Assembly (NCBI GenBank): GCA_964252035.1
Contig: OZ176204.1
DNA: 64,000 nucleotides
From: Podarcis erhardii
Taxonomy: Eukaryota
Direction: 5' to 3' (one strand)
Each line of letters begins with the position of its first letter. Within the stretch, counting starts at the first letter, position 1. Positions 35,101 through 47,100 of this stretch are shown here, one piece after another. A program made the position numbers and the translations under genes. The notes beneath the pieces are model-generated. The model saw only the letters and a program-made list of their open reading frames with translations, was not told where the DNA came from and did not search any database.

Positions 35101-38100
35101 CCCACCCTCAGGAGTAGTCCATCCAGCAAGAAAAACCCAAAGGACCCAGTGGGGGAAGTGGGTAGTGGAGACGATGACATTCCTTGCCCTGATGAAAGTA
35201 CTGGTGGGGTGAGTTTGAAGCCCAAGGAAGTGGGGGAGAATGGTGCTGCTGGAGGAGGAGGAGGAGAAGAGGATGAAGACGATTACCAGGTGTACTATCT
35301 GAATCCCCAGGAGGTTGCTAAGGAAGAGGATGACAAGGCTGAGGGAGGGGTAGAAGAAGAACAAGACATATTTGCTGGGATAAAGCCCTTGGAGCAGGAA
35401 AACCGCATGGAGGTAAGGGGAGCATGTGTGTAAAATCACCTACAAAAATCTGTCTGTCTAGGCTCCTGCAAATGTATACAAGTTCAGGGAAGTTCCAAAG
35501 CTCACCTCCTGCTTACAGCCAAGGGATAAGATCTATAAAGCCAAAAGGAAATATTGTACAATTTACGATTTGTGTGTTGATTATGGATTGTTTCTTCTGT
35601 CCCCCCAAATAATTGAGTGTAATGGTATGCCTTGGAAAAGAACAGGATATGTTTCAGTCATGTTTCACATTTTAATGACATGTAGCATTTATGTAGCATT
35701 TTTTGAGTTTTTGCATATACTTTGCATATGTTGCTCCTTGCAAACAGCTCTGTAAGGTAGGTTAATGTTATAGGGATGACCTCCCTGCCTCCTAGCCAGC
35801 TGTAGAGCACATACTTTGTATGCAGAAAGAAGGTCCTTGGTCCAGTCCCTAGCATCTTCCTTTAAAGGTGGATCATAGGTAGCAGGGCTAGGAAATACTT
35901 CTGCCTGACACCGTAGAACTGCTGCAAGATTAACTGGACAGTGCTGCGCTATGAAGGCCAGTGGTCTTCTAAATCAGCAGCATACGTTGTTGTCATAGTT
36001 GCAAATGTGAGGCTAGAGTAGTGACATGGTTGCAGCCACCTAATGAGGTAGTTGCTGAGGTGGTATTTAACACAGAAACTTTCTGGCTCATTGTCTTGGC
36101 CAGTATGCTACAACAACCCTCTATGCCCGTGGCAGTACCTATACCTGAGGTCTTTGGTACTTCGTTATTTGCAGGAGATTTCCCTCCCTTATCGTCCCCC
36201 TCAATAAGAATGCAACTCAGTGATGGAAATAAAAATAAAGAAATAACTGAGTCTTGGGCCCTAAATTGTATTCTGAAAAGTCATCCCCGAGGTAGTTTGT
36301 TGAGTTTTTACCCATAAATCTAAACTCTGTATTGATGATCTGAAAAAGCAAGGGCTTGAATCTGAGAGAGCCAGCGTGGTGTAGTGGTTAAGAGCGGTGG
36401 ACTCGTAATCTGGTGAACCGGGTTCGCTTCCCCGCTCCTCCACCTGCAGCTGCTGGGTGACCTTGGGCCAGTCACACTTCTCTGAAGTCTCTCAGCCCCA
36501 CTCACCTCACAGAGTGTTTGTTGTGGGGGAGGAAGGGAAAGGAGAATGTTAGCCGCTTTGAGACTCCTTAAAGGGAGTGAAAGGCGGGATATCAAATCCA
36601 AACTCTTCTTCTTCTCTTCTTCTTCTGTTTGCAACCCTTTGTTTACAGATCCTGTTTGCTTGTGCGGAGGCTCTCTATGCACATGGTTACAGCAATGAAG
36701 CCTGTCGCCTCACAGTTGAGCTTGCCAAGGACTTGCTGGCCAACCCTCCTGATCTCAAAGTGGAACAGCCCCCAACCAAGGTACAGAGCTGCTATGGGGA
36801 CTGTTTGAATGGAAGGGGGAAGTGTAGTATACAGTGGTACCTCGCAAGACGAATGCCTCGAAAGACGAAAAACTCGCAAAACGAAAGAGTTTTTCGTTTT
36901 TTGAGTTTCTTCGCAAGACGGATTTCCCTATGGGCTTGCTTTGCAAGATGGAAATGTCTTGCAAGTTTGTTTCCTTTTTCTTAAAACCGTGCATTCACTT
37001 CGAGGAGCAACTCATAGCACGCGGTGGGTAGCCTTTTTTGTGGTTTTTGAAGACTTTGGTGATTTTTGAAGCTTTTCCAAAGTCCATGCTTCGCAAGACG
37101 AAAAAACTCGCGGAACGAATTAATTTCGTCTTGTGAGGCACCACTGTAATAGCAGGACAAAAATGGTTTCTCTTTCAGAGCTATGCTTTGCTGTGGACAA
37201 ATACTGTATGTAATATTGCCCGGAGTCCAGGGCAATTTTCTTTGTCCAGTATTTTTCTTTTTAAAAAAAAATACCTTTAAAAGTAACTCAGTTCATATAA
37301 ACTGACATAGTTTGCCTAAGGTACACTCTTGATGAATTTTTCTTTGATGATAGAGATTTCATTATCTGCATAATGACTAGAACCATGTTAATTAAAGAGT
37401 GTGTTGAATTCTCAGGATCCTGAATTCTGTAACCAGCCCCGTCACAAGATATACCAAGTAGTCATAATTTTAATGCTTCACACAGTGGAATTGTTGTTCT
37501 ATGCAGATGAACTCTTGCAGAAAAGCTGAATGAATTCATCAGCTGCATCAGTTTTGATTGTGGGAAATATTGGATGCATACTCATGCCTCAGCTGCTTTT
37601 TTAATGGAGATGTCCTGTGAAATCGAGGAGACCAGATAAATTTCTAGGGCCATCTGACAAATTACCAATTAGCAAGTCACCAGGTTGGGTTCTTAACCAT
37701 GAAATTACTAATCTCCCAATTAAAAATATGCAACTTTTCATTAAAATCAGCCTTCTTAATGCGGTTTGAAAAGTTCAACAGCACAGTGTAGTGCAGATCT
37801 TTTTATTAATCGAGTCAGAAAATTACAGGTCTGTTAACTCCCCCACCCCAGTTTATTCAGGAAAAGGCTATTAAAGAGCTGTACAGTAGTACCTTGGTTT
37901 AAGAAAAGCTTAGTTTATGAACAACTTGGTTTAAGAATGCTGCAAATCTGGAAGTTGGTGTTTTGGTTTGTAAACTTTGCCTTGGAATAAGAACATGTTT
38001 TGCTTCCTGTTGAGTGTGTTCCATTTGTAAATTGAGTCCCCCGCTGCTATGGGAAAGCATGCCTTGATTGAAGAACACTTGGGTTTAAGAACAGACTTCT

Positions 38101-41100
38101 GGAACAGATTAAGTTCTTATAAGCAAACAGTCTAGCTGAGGCAGAATTAGTAGGGCTTCTGCAAAGCAACTAGACAGTACTAGATGACTATTTATGCTGT
38201 ATAATGTATGATACAATGTGAGCTACAACAAAATTAAAATGGTGGCACTAGAAAATGTAATGGATAGCACCCTTCACTGAATTGGAATGCAGAACTTTCT
38301 TGGGCCATATCACCACCAGATGAAGCTTCTGGATTAGCATTTAAGTCATGATGCTTAACTTTCCACATAAACTCAGATGGGACTTAAAGTGAAATTAACT
38401 TAGTCTGTCAGTTTCCCTATGTTTAAACTGTTTGTCCCACAGGGAAAGAAAAACAAGGTATCCACCAGCAAGCAGACATGGATGGCAACAAACACCTTAT
38501 CCAAAGCTGCTTTCCTGCTGACCGTGCTGAGTGAACGGCAGGAATACCACAATCTAGCCTTCCAGATTGGCATGTTTGCTCTGGAGCTGCAGAGGCCGCC
38601 AGCCTCTACCAAGGCTTTGGAGGTAAGTGTGTGCTTAGATGGACTTTGATGTGACGTTACACAAAGCCAAGGTCAGGGAGTTTTCTGGTAGCCTGTGGGT
38701 AAGAGGCAGCCTTTAACTGTTAGCCACTGTTGCTTGATCTGAGAAAATGGAGGCTCAGTGATGTTTTTTGTGCATCATTTAAAGCACTTCTGTGTTACTT
38801 TTGTTATCCAATGTCTCTGTAGAGAGGCCCTGTGGATTTGTTTTATTCCTGGCTTTTGTGTCACACACAGGTAAAGCTGGCATATCAGGAGTCTGAAATT
38901 GTGGCCTTGCTGAAGAAAATTCCACTTGGCTCTAATGAGATGAACACTATTCGGGGAAGAGCTGAAGAGCTGAGGGAAGGAACCCTGTGTGATTACCGCC
39001 CTGTCTTGCCTCTTATGTTGGCCAGCTTCATATTTGATGTCTTATGCACGCCAGGTAAAGCCTTTCAGATTTGTCTAAAGAAGAGGAATCTGTACATGCC
39101 AAATCTTTGGGAAAGGGTGTATGATGACTTGCTTCTCTTCCTAAATCCTGAGGACAGACTTCTGCAGAACAAACTCCATAGTCCCATGCCTTTATAGAAG
39201 CCACTTAGCACTTGTATGTGTGAGATCATCCTGCACATCATGAATGTGGATCTCCAGTACTGCCCAAACTCTCATGCATGAGAGAGCTCTGGAGGCACTT
39301 AACTCAGTTGTATGGGCTGGGCCTTTTACAACTGACACATATAAAGGGAACCTTCATTTGGGCTGTAGAGCTTACCTGAGCTGAGCTCTTACTTGATTAA
39401 TCTCATGGACCACATAGCTGTCCTGCCCCGTCCAATGTCCAGAAGCTTCTTTGAACCCTGTAGTTACATAGCAAGTTCAGGGACTGTGTCCATATTCTAA
39501 AAAAAACATGGCCAGTTTCAGTCAGTACTGAACTTCTGCTGCAGGTTTTGCCCAGGTAAACCACTGGATCCAAGAACAAATTCTGTAGCTTTCAGGATGG
39601 CATTTTAAGGATATAGACACTTCCTTGTGGTGACTGCAGTCCTGTTTCCAGCTTTATTATACTAGCAGCCTTGCCAAATTAATTCATTCTACTTTGTAAC
39701 TCCCCCCACCCACCTTTTCCTTTCTAGTCTTCACAAATAACAAATCTGTGATTAGGTGTAGACGCACTCCTTCATTGTCTCCCGAGACAAATGGATGCCA
39801 GCAGATTAGGTGTCTGATGCTTTTGTGGCCTTTTAATAATACTTGGTTGTGTTAATTTAATAAACAGATTTCTTTTATATAATAGAATTGAGCAAAATCC
39901 CAAGATCTAGGTCTTGATAGAAGTTAGTTTACATTAGAAAGCAATGCTTTAGATTATTATCTTCATAGGTCTGTGAAATTTTACCAGTCTAGGCAATCCT
40001 TGCATGATAGAGTTGGCTATTGATTTGCCATCTTTCTTTTTCCCAGTGGTTTCTCCTACAGGATCCAGACCTCCAAGCCGTAATTGGAACAATGAAATGC
40101 CTGGAGATGAGGAGCTAGGTTTTGAGGCAGCCGTCGCTGCTCTTGGTGAGTGCTTAGCTTCTCTTTCTTATGCCAGGCTTCATCTCTCACTGATGAAGAG
40201 ATGTAACTTTGGTCATCCTGCCAAGTCATCTAGAACTTAATTTTTCTTCTTTGCTTAATATGTAATGGTAATAAGGAGAAGCCTGATGCCTCACAGGGAA
40301 CAGATGTTGCTATGGGGAAGCATAATTGATGGTTTATTACTTAACTTAAGTAAACGGAGAGATTATATAAAACAAGCAGGATAAATGTTTGAATTCTGTA
40401 CTCTGCCTTCCAGGCATGAAGACGACAGTGAGTGAAGCAGAGCACCCTCTGTTGTGTGAAGGTACCCGAAGGGAGAAGGGAGATCTCGCTCTAGCCCTCA
40501 TGATCACTTACAAGGATGACCAATCTAAGCTAAAAAAAGTATGTCCCATTTGGAGATATTCAGACCTTAGGCTGTTTAATGGTATCTGAGCATAGTGCAT
40601 TTTTTTTTGTTTTCATCATGCATAGTAGTAGTTTCTCTCTCTCTCTTTAATTTTATTTATGCATTTTACATATCTTAATACATCAGTTATACAATTGCCA
40701 TTGTTTATCTTACTCTTCGACTTCCGTGGGGTCTTATTTAGTCCTTTTAAAGCTGTATCTCCTTTATTACCACTCTTCTTCTACTTATTTTAACTGCTGC
40801 TCATATATTTGAAGCTTATCTGATTGTTTGAAGCTTATCTGATTGTTATATTTCTTTAAATATTCGCCAAAGTATTCCCACTGTTCTTTTATATTCGACT
40901 CACCTTGATTTCTTACCTTGGCAGTCAGCATTGCTGTCTCCACGTATTCTATTAGCTTATTCTGCCAGTCTATTTTGGGGGGACTATTTTTGTCCTTCCA
41001 CCTTTGGGCATAAATTATTTTGGCCACTGTTATTGTGTAGAGGAAAAGACTAAGTACTTTCTTGGGTATTTTCCCCTCTACTATACTCAATAAGAACATC

Positions 41101-44100
41101 TCTGGTTTCTTGGGAAATGAGACCCTTAACATCTTTTTTAATTCTGAGTATATCATCTCCCAATACTTTTTGGCTTTCTTGCAACCCCACCACATGTGTA
41201 TAAATGTCCTTTCAGTCTCTTCACATTTCCAACATAAATTGGTTCCCTTTTAATACATTTTTACAAGTTTACTAGGGGTGAGGTACCATCTATATATCAT
41301 CTTTTGTAGGTTCTCTTTTAAGAGTATATATAGCATGCCGAGAAGTATATTGTTATTTTCCACAATTTCTCCCAAGAGGCCATTTCTGTGTTAAGTCCTA
41401 TGTCAATTGTAGTTGTTTCTCAATGGCACCTGAAGATAGTGGATCAAACTGATTTCCTAAAAGGATTTTAGATGTTTATTCCTGATTTTTAGATGTTTAT
41501 TCCTGGTAGTGGGTATGAATGTGTTTGTAAAAAGCCCAAAAGAGGTTGGGCTATTTAGCGGTATGGCAAACCACTTCCGTCTTCTTCCTGCCAAAAGGAC
41601 CTTTCTTCTTGCTTCTTTCTGCTTCTCTTGATTGTAATAAACTTAATTCCCCCCTCTGCAGTCTTCGGAGAACTCCCCTGTTCATATCTAATTCCCCATT
41701 CCCACTTTCCTAACATTTCCTTTGTTTAGATGCTAACTTTCATGTTGTTCCACTCTCTGTTTAAAGATCTTGGATAAGCTGTTGGACAGGGAGAGCCAAA
41801 CACACAAGCCTCAGACTCTAAGTTCATTCTACTCGTCCAGCAAGCCCACAGTAGCCAATCAGAAATCTCCTTCCAAACATGCTACCCAATCAGCTGCGCC
41901 CATTCAGCACCTCCCAGGAACACCCGTCACGCAACAAGCAGGGGTAACCACTGCTGTCCAGAGCAACACTTCAGAACCCTTTTTGGAAAAGAGCTCCCAA
42001 GGTATGACTTACAGTTCCACAGGATTACAGCTGTCTTCTAATTACCAGTAGAAGGAGAAATGAAAGAAATGGGTTGCTGTCAGATTTTTTTTTTCATTTG
42101 CCTGTATATTTGTTCTAGTCTCATAGGTTGTCAAGTTCTTCTGCTATTATGCAAGTGTGATGCACAATAAAAAATGAATGACATTTTTCTTGCCTTCATG
42201 GAATTCGATTCTAATTGCAGTGTGCATTCACGATTTCTGTTTTTCTTTACCATGTGGGAAAGAGAGGGGAACAGTACTGAAGCCTGTGATTATCCACTAC
42301 TGTCTCCTGTCTGCCAAAGTTACACCTGCCTATGAATTCCTCCTCTTCCTGTTGCTGCTGTTTTAACTTGCCACTTCTTGTGTTTTCCCAGATAACCCTC
42401 AGAGATCCCCTTGTGACCCACCAATGGAACCCAGTGTCTTAAAGCAAGAAGGGAAAGTTCCTAGCCGACTGGCCCTTGGAAATAGAGGTGGCTACAATGG
42501 GAGGTGCTGGGGTTCCCCAGTCAGACAAAAAAAGAAGCACACAGGTAACTTTGAGCAGGGGGCACATAACTTTCTGCTGTCTCACTCTGCATGTTTTACA
42601 TTTCTGGAATCACTTTCATGCATGTTAACTTGTTTGCTCTTTGTTGCACATTCATTTTGAATTGAATTAATATGGTGAACTTGTCTGTCTGCTTGTCTGT
42701 TAATATCCTAATCTACTGTCACCTCCAGTATTTCTTACTGAAGCACAAATCTTCCCTGGTGGATCAGCACACTCAGTGAGGAATTCTCTGCTGCCAAAGT
42801 GAAGTTGGCCTAGCCCTCTCATTAGTTACCCCATAGCTTCATGGACTGGGGTTTCTAACCAGTTTTTAATGATTACTAGGCTTACCTAAAGCAGTTCAGA
42901 TTGTTTAAAGGAGGTAATCAAACTAATAAATGCTTAGATTCTGTTTCAGGTTTTTCGTTATTCTTTTAGCTCTCTAGTTCAGTTCCCCCACTCTGAATTC
43001 ATATAGTAAAATATGTGCCTGTATAATTTGTGACCGGCTTCCATACTTGTATCATAGTATGTCAAGTGCTTATTGTACTACCAAGTGAGTTTTAATGAGC
43101 CCCCAGTGGGTCACTATGTAAGGCCACATTTGGCTTGCTGGGTTGCAAGTTGTGCAGGCTTGGATTAAGACTGTTACATTTGCAAAGTAATTAGTGGTGT
43201 GTGTATACAGTGGTGGACAGGACTCATAATTAATTAAGCTATTTTCTTTCTTTCTTTTTAATTGGGTGGAAAATAGTGGATTCTCCCATTGTTAAATTCT
43301 TTTAAAACAAAATTTTTAAATATTTAAACTAAGAAGTTAAATTTTTCCAAGATGCTATTGGCATGCACTAACCACATCTTCCAGATCTGTCAATCATATT
43401 TTTCCTACTGAGAGGACGACATTTCTTTTTATCTTGACTTACGCTGTAGAAACAGAAAACATTTAGCTTCTCTCTCTCTTTTTTTTTCTCCCCTCCCAAC
43501 AGCGAAGGACAGCAAGCATAATGCCAGTATAAATATGTGGCATGGCTACATACAGAATACTGTGTACAGTTCTGGTCACCCCATCAAAACAAAAATAGGT
43601 AACTGAAAGTTAGAGGCAAACACATTACTGCTCTTTACTATGCAGAAAGGATACAAGTTGGCGGTCTTTTAGGTGGGATTGGGGAAGTAGTTGGGATGTG
43701 ACAGTGTATTATAAAATGATGAGTGGCTGGAAATGGAAGGTAGACTTCTTTCAACACTAGAACTTGGGCATATTCCTTGAAGATTATTTTAAGTAAATTT
43801 AGGACTACCAAAATCAAGTATACATTATATAATGCATAATAGAGCTAAAAGATGGCCTCTGGTTTAGATAGCTTTGAAAGGGGGTTAAACAAAGCCTTTG
43901 TGAGACACTTTCCCTAAGAATATTAGACATGATGTTTAAATGGAAACTGCAGATTCAGAGGCAGGATATACCTGAAGATAAGAGTTGAAAGTGGCCCTTT
44001 AGGCCAACTCTCTCCTCAATGCTGGAAATCCTGAGCTAGAGCATCCCCGCCTTTGCTTAAAGACTCTCAGGGAATTATAGCTCTCTCCCACCCCCTCCCC

Positions 44101-47100
44101 AGCAACTGGTTCTGTTCTTGAACTGCTTGAACTATCAAGAAGTTTTTTCATCATCTACCTTCCTCTCGTGTAAGTCCAGTAGATCTAGTCATAGCCCTCT
44201 CCTGTGTATTTGGGGGGTGCTATCATGGTCCCCACTCAGGCGTCTCTTCTCCAGGCTAAGCGCACCCAGTTTTTCAACCTTTCCTCATAGAACCTGTTTT
44301 CCATGCTGCTCACCATTCTTGCTGCCTTCCCCTGCACCAGTTGCAGTTTGCCTAGACTCTTCTTAAAATGTGGCACCCAGAACTGCACACAGTACAATGG
44401 TATTCAGGCATAGACTCTCTTTTGAAAGAGAAGATTTCATTTAACTACATAGGCTTTGTTAGGCCCTACTCCCCCACCCGAATACCTCACTTTTCAGTGA
44501 GAATAAAGCAGCAGGTGCCTGTTGCTTTTTATTTCCTCCTTGTGACCAGAGGCATCTGGCTGACCGCTGCTGGAAATGTAATGCTGGATTTGACAGGTGT
44601 TTGCACCATTCAGCCATTGCATAAACACTGGCTTACTTTGACTCCAAACCAGCACTTTTGGTTTGTTTCTCTCTAAACAAAGCATGATGGCAAGCCAAAG
44701 TTTGTTCTTCTCTTGCTAATCATGGTTTGTTTGGGAGAAATAAACCATGAGTGTCACTTCATATATTGCAGGGGGTGGCCAGCTTCCAAGAGACTGCGAT
44801 CTACTCACAGAATTAAAAACTGGCAGTGATCTACCCCCATTTTACTGGGGTTCAGGTCAAAGTTTTTTATTGGGGTTCAGGTCAAAGCTTTTTTGGGGGA
44901 GGGGAAAAGCCCCATTTTAGGGGGTTCGGGAAGCATAATTTGCTTAGCTTTGGGAGGGGGTGTGAAATGTTTTTACATTATTTTGGGGTCAAAGAAGGAT
45001 TGCGGGGGGGGGGGGAAACAGCCTCGGTTTGTAAACTCCATCTTCCGTTCTCCAACAATGGAGGGCGAGGGTGTGGGGCCGGAAGGGGGCCAGTGATCGA
45101 CTGCGATCGACCAAAACCTCGCAGGGATCGACCAGTAGATTGGACATCCCTGATACATTGCAATAAGCCAAGGCAGTGGTCTGTTGCTCCAAATTCAAAG
45201 AAGGGTAGAGTGAAGCAGCACCAATTCAGCATGCTGCTGTAAGTTCACTTAGATAATCTGAGGAAATTTTACTTGTGGCCTGAAAATGGGCATTTTCTGC
45301 TATTGCCCCCTCACTGTGGAATTCCCTTCCCTCAGCCATACATGAAGCATCATCCATTAGTTGTTTCAGATACCTTGTCAAGTCATTTCTTTTTTTCCAT
45401 GCTTTTCCTGACCCAACATGCTGCTTTACTGTTTTTTTAATTATACTGCTTCATAGTTTTAGTGTTGCTTTTGTGTATTCTTCTTACAGATTTTTAAATA
45501 TTAGGAGATTTAAATACTAAGTGGATTTAAGTAACGTGTCCCCACGGCAGCTTGAAAGCAAACCCATATAAAAATGGTGGACATCAAATACAAATAACAG
45601 TAGAAATTACAAAAGATATAACAGCAAGCGGGCAGCAAACCAAGAACAAGCTAAAACCAGTAAAGAGAACCTAAATACTGTTCAAGGCCTATAAGAATAA
45701 GTCAGGCTTCACCTGTTGCCTAAAGGTGAATGAGTGCTTTGGGTGAATGTGCCTAGGGAGAGTTGCAGAGCCCAAGTACTACTAAAAAAAAAAGTCCTCT
45801 CTCAACATAGGCACCTGCCTAATTTCTGAAGGTGGGATGGTGAAGGGCCTCTGAAGATTATCTCAGCTGACAAAAGGGAGAGAACAGTTCTTAACATGGC
45901 CCAGGCTGTTTAAGCTTTAAAGATTTGTTCTGGCTCACTGAAAAGATACTCACTTCCACCACATTTTCAGTAATCCCCAACACACCTGCAAAGTAAGATA
46001 GCATCCCTCACCTAGTAGGTTCATGGCTCATATAAGTTTGAATTAGTGACTTCTGAGATTTTGGTATATCAGCTCTCTAGCTTTTCTGGTCAGCTTACAT
46101 CTCTAGGTTCTGACTGACTTGAAATGTTTCAGCTTGTTTTTTGGGGTGGGGTCGGGGGTGGGGGAGAAGAACGTTCCCTGTTGTAAAACTGTGGTTTTGT
46201 GTACTGCCGACCTGCTCACCTGCTGCTGTGCCCTTTGACTGTGACGTTGCAGGAATGGCCAGCATTGACAGCAGTGCTCCAGAAACCACCTCGGACAGTT
46301 CTCCGACCCTCAGCAGGCGGCCTCTGCGGGGAGGGTGGGCAGCCACTTCCTGGGGCAGAGGGCAGGACAGCGATAGCATCAGTAGCTCTTCCAGCGACTC
46401 CCTGGGCTCATCATCCTCCAGTGGAAGCAGAAGAGCTAGCGGAGGAGCACGTGCAAAGACGGTGGAGGTCGGCAGGTAAGAGCTGCTGTCTGTTTTCCAA
46501 AGTTGTGCATCTTTTCAGTATTTGGACCTCCCAAGGATGAGATTGTTGGATGAAGGGCAGTATATTCAATAAAATAAAATAAAAGGTTATCTTCATTAGA
46601 AATATATCACAAGGAGGCTTTTCACCCAGACCCTGCAATCATAATCTTTGTGTGCAGGGGGACCAAGGTGAATAAATTTTTTTTGGGGGGGGCAGCAATG
46701 CCTACCAACTTTGGGAGGGTTGGTCCCCTCAAATATTTTCTGGGAGTGGCTGAATGGAGATGGGATCTCCAGGGAGACTCACCTGGGGCCTTTGTTACAT
46801 ATCTTTAGGTCCCTGGTGAAAATGTTCCTCTTCAACCAGGCATTTGGCTGATTAACATTCTATGGCCTTTTAAATGTGTTTGAGGGATGGGGGTTACTAT
46901 TTTTGTTTTGTTTTTTTGTTTTATTATGTATTTTGTCTTCTCATTTTGTATTTTGATGTTCTGAACTGCCCTGTGATCTTTGGATGAAGGGTAATATAAT
47001 AATAAGGTGGGAGTCTCAATGGGAGAGCCAGGCAGAATTAGACCTAGAAATTCAGCAAGTGAACTCACTATTACTTTTTTGGCCGCACTCATTTTGAAAT

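Noticed and set aside
34734-35439. Antisense ORFs over exon 10 (similar ones over exons 18-22)
   Set aside because: Shadow frames of real coding exons.
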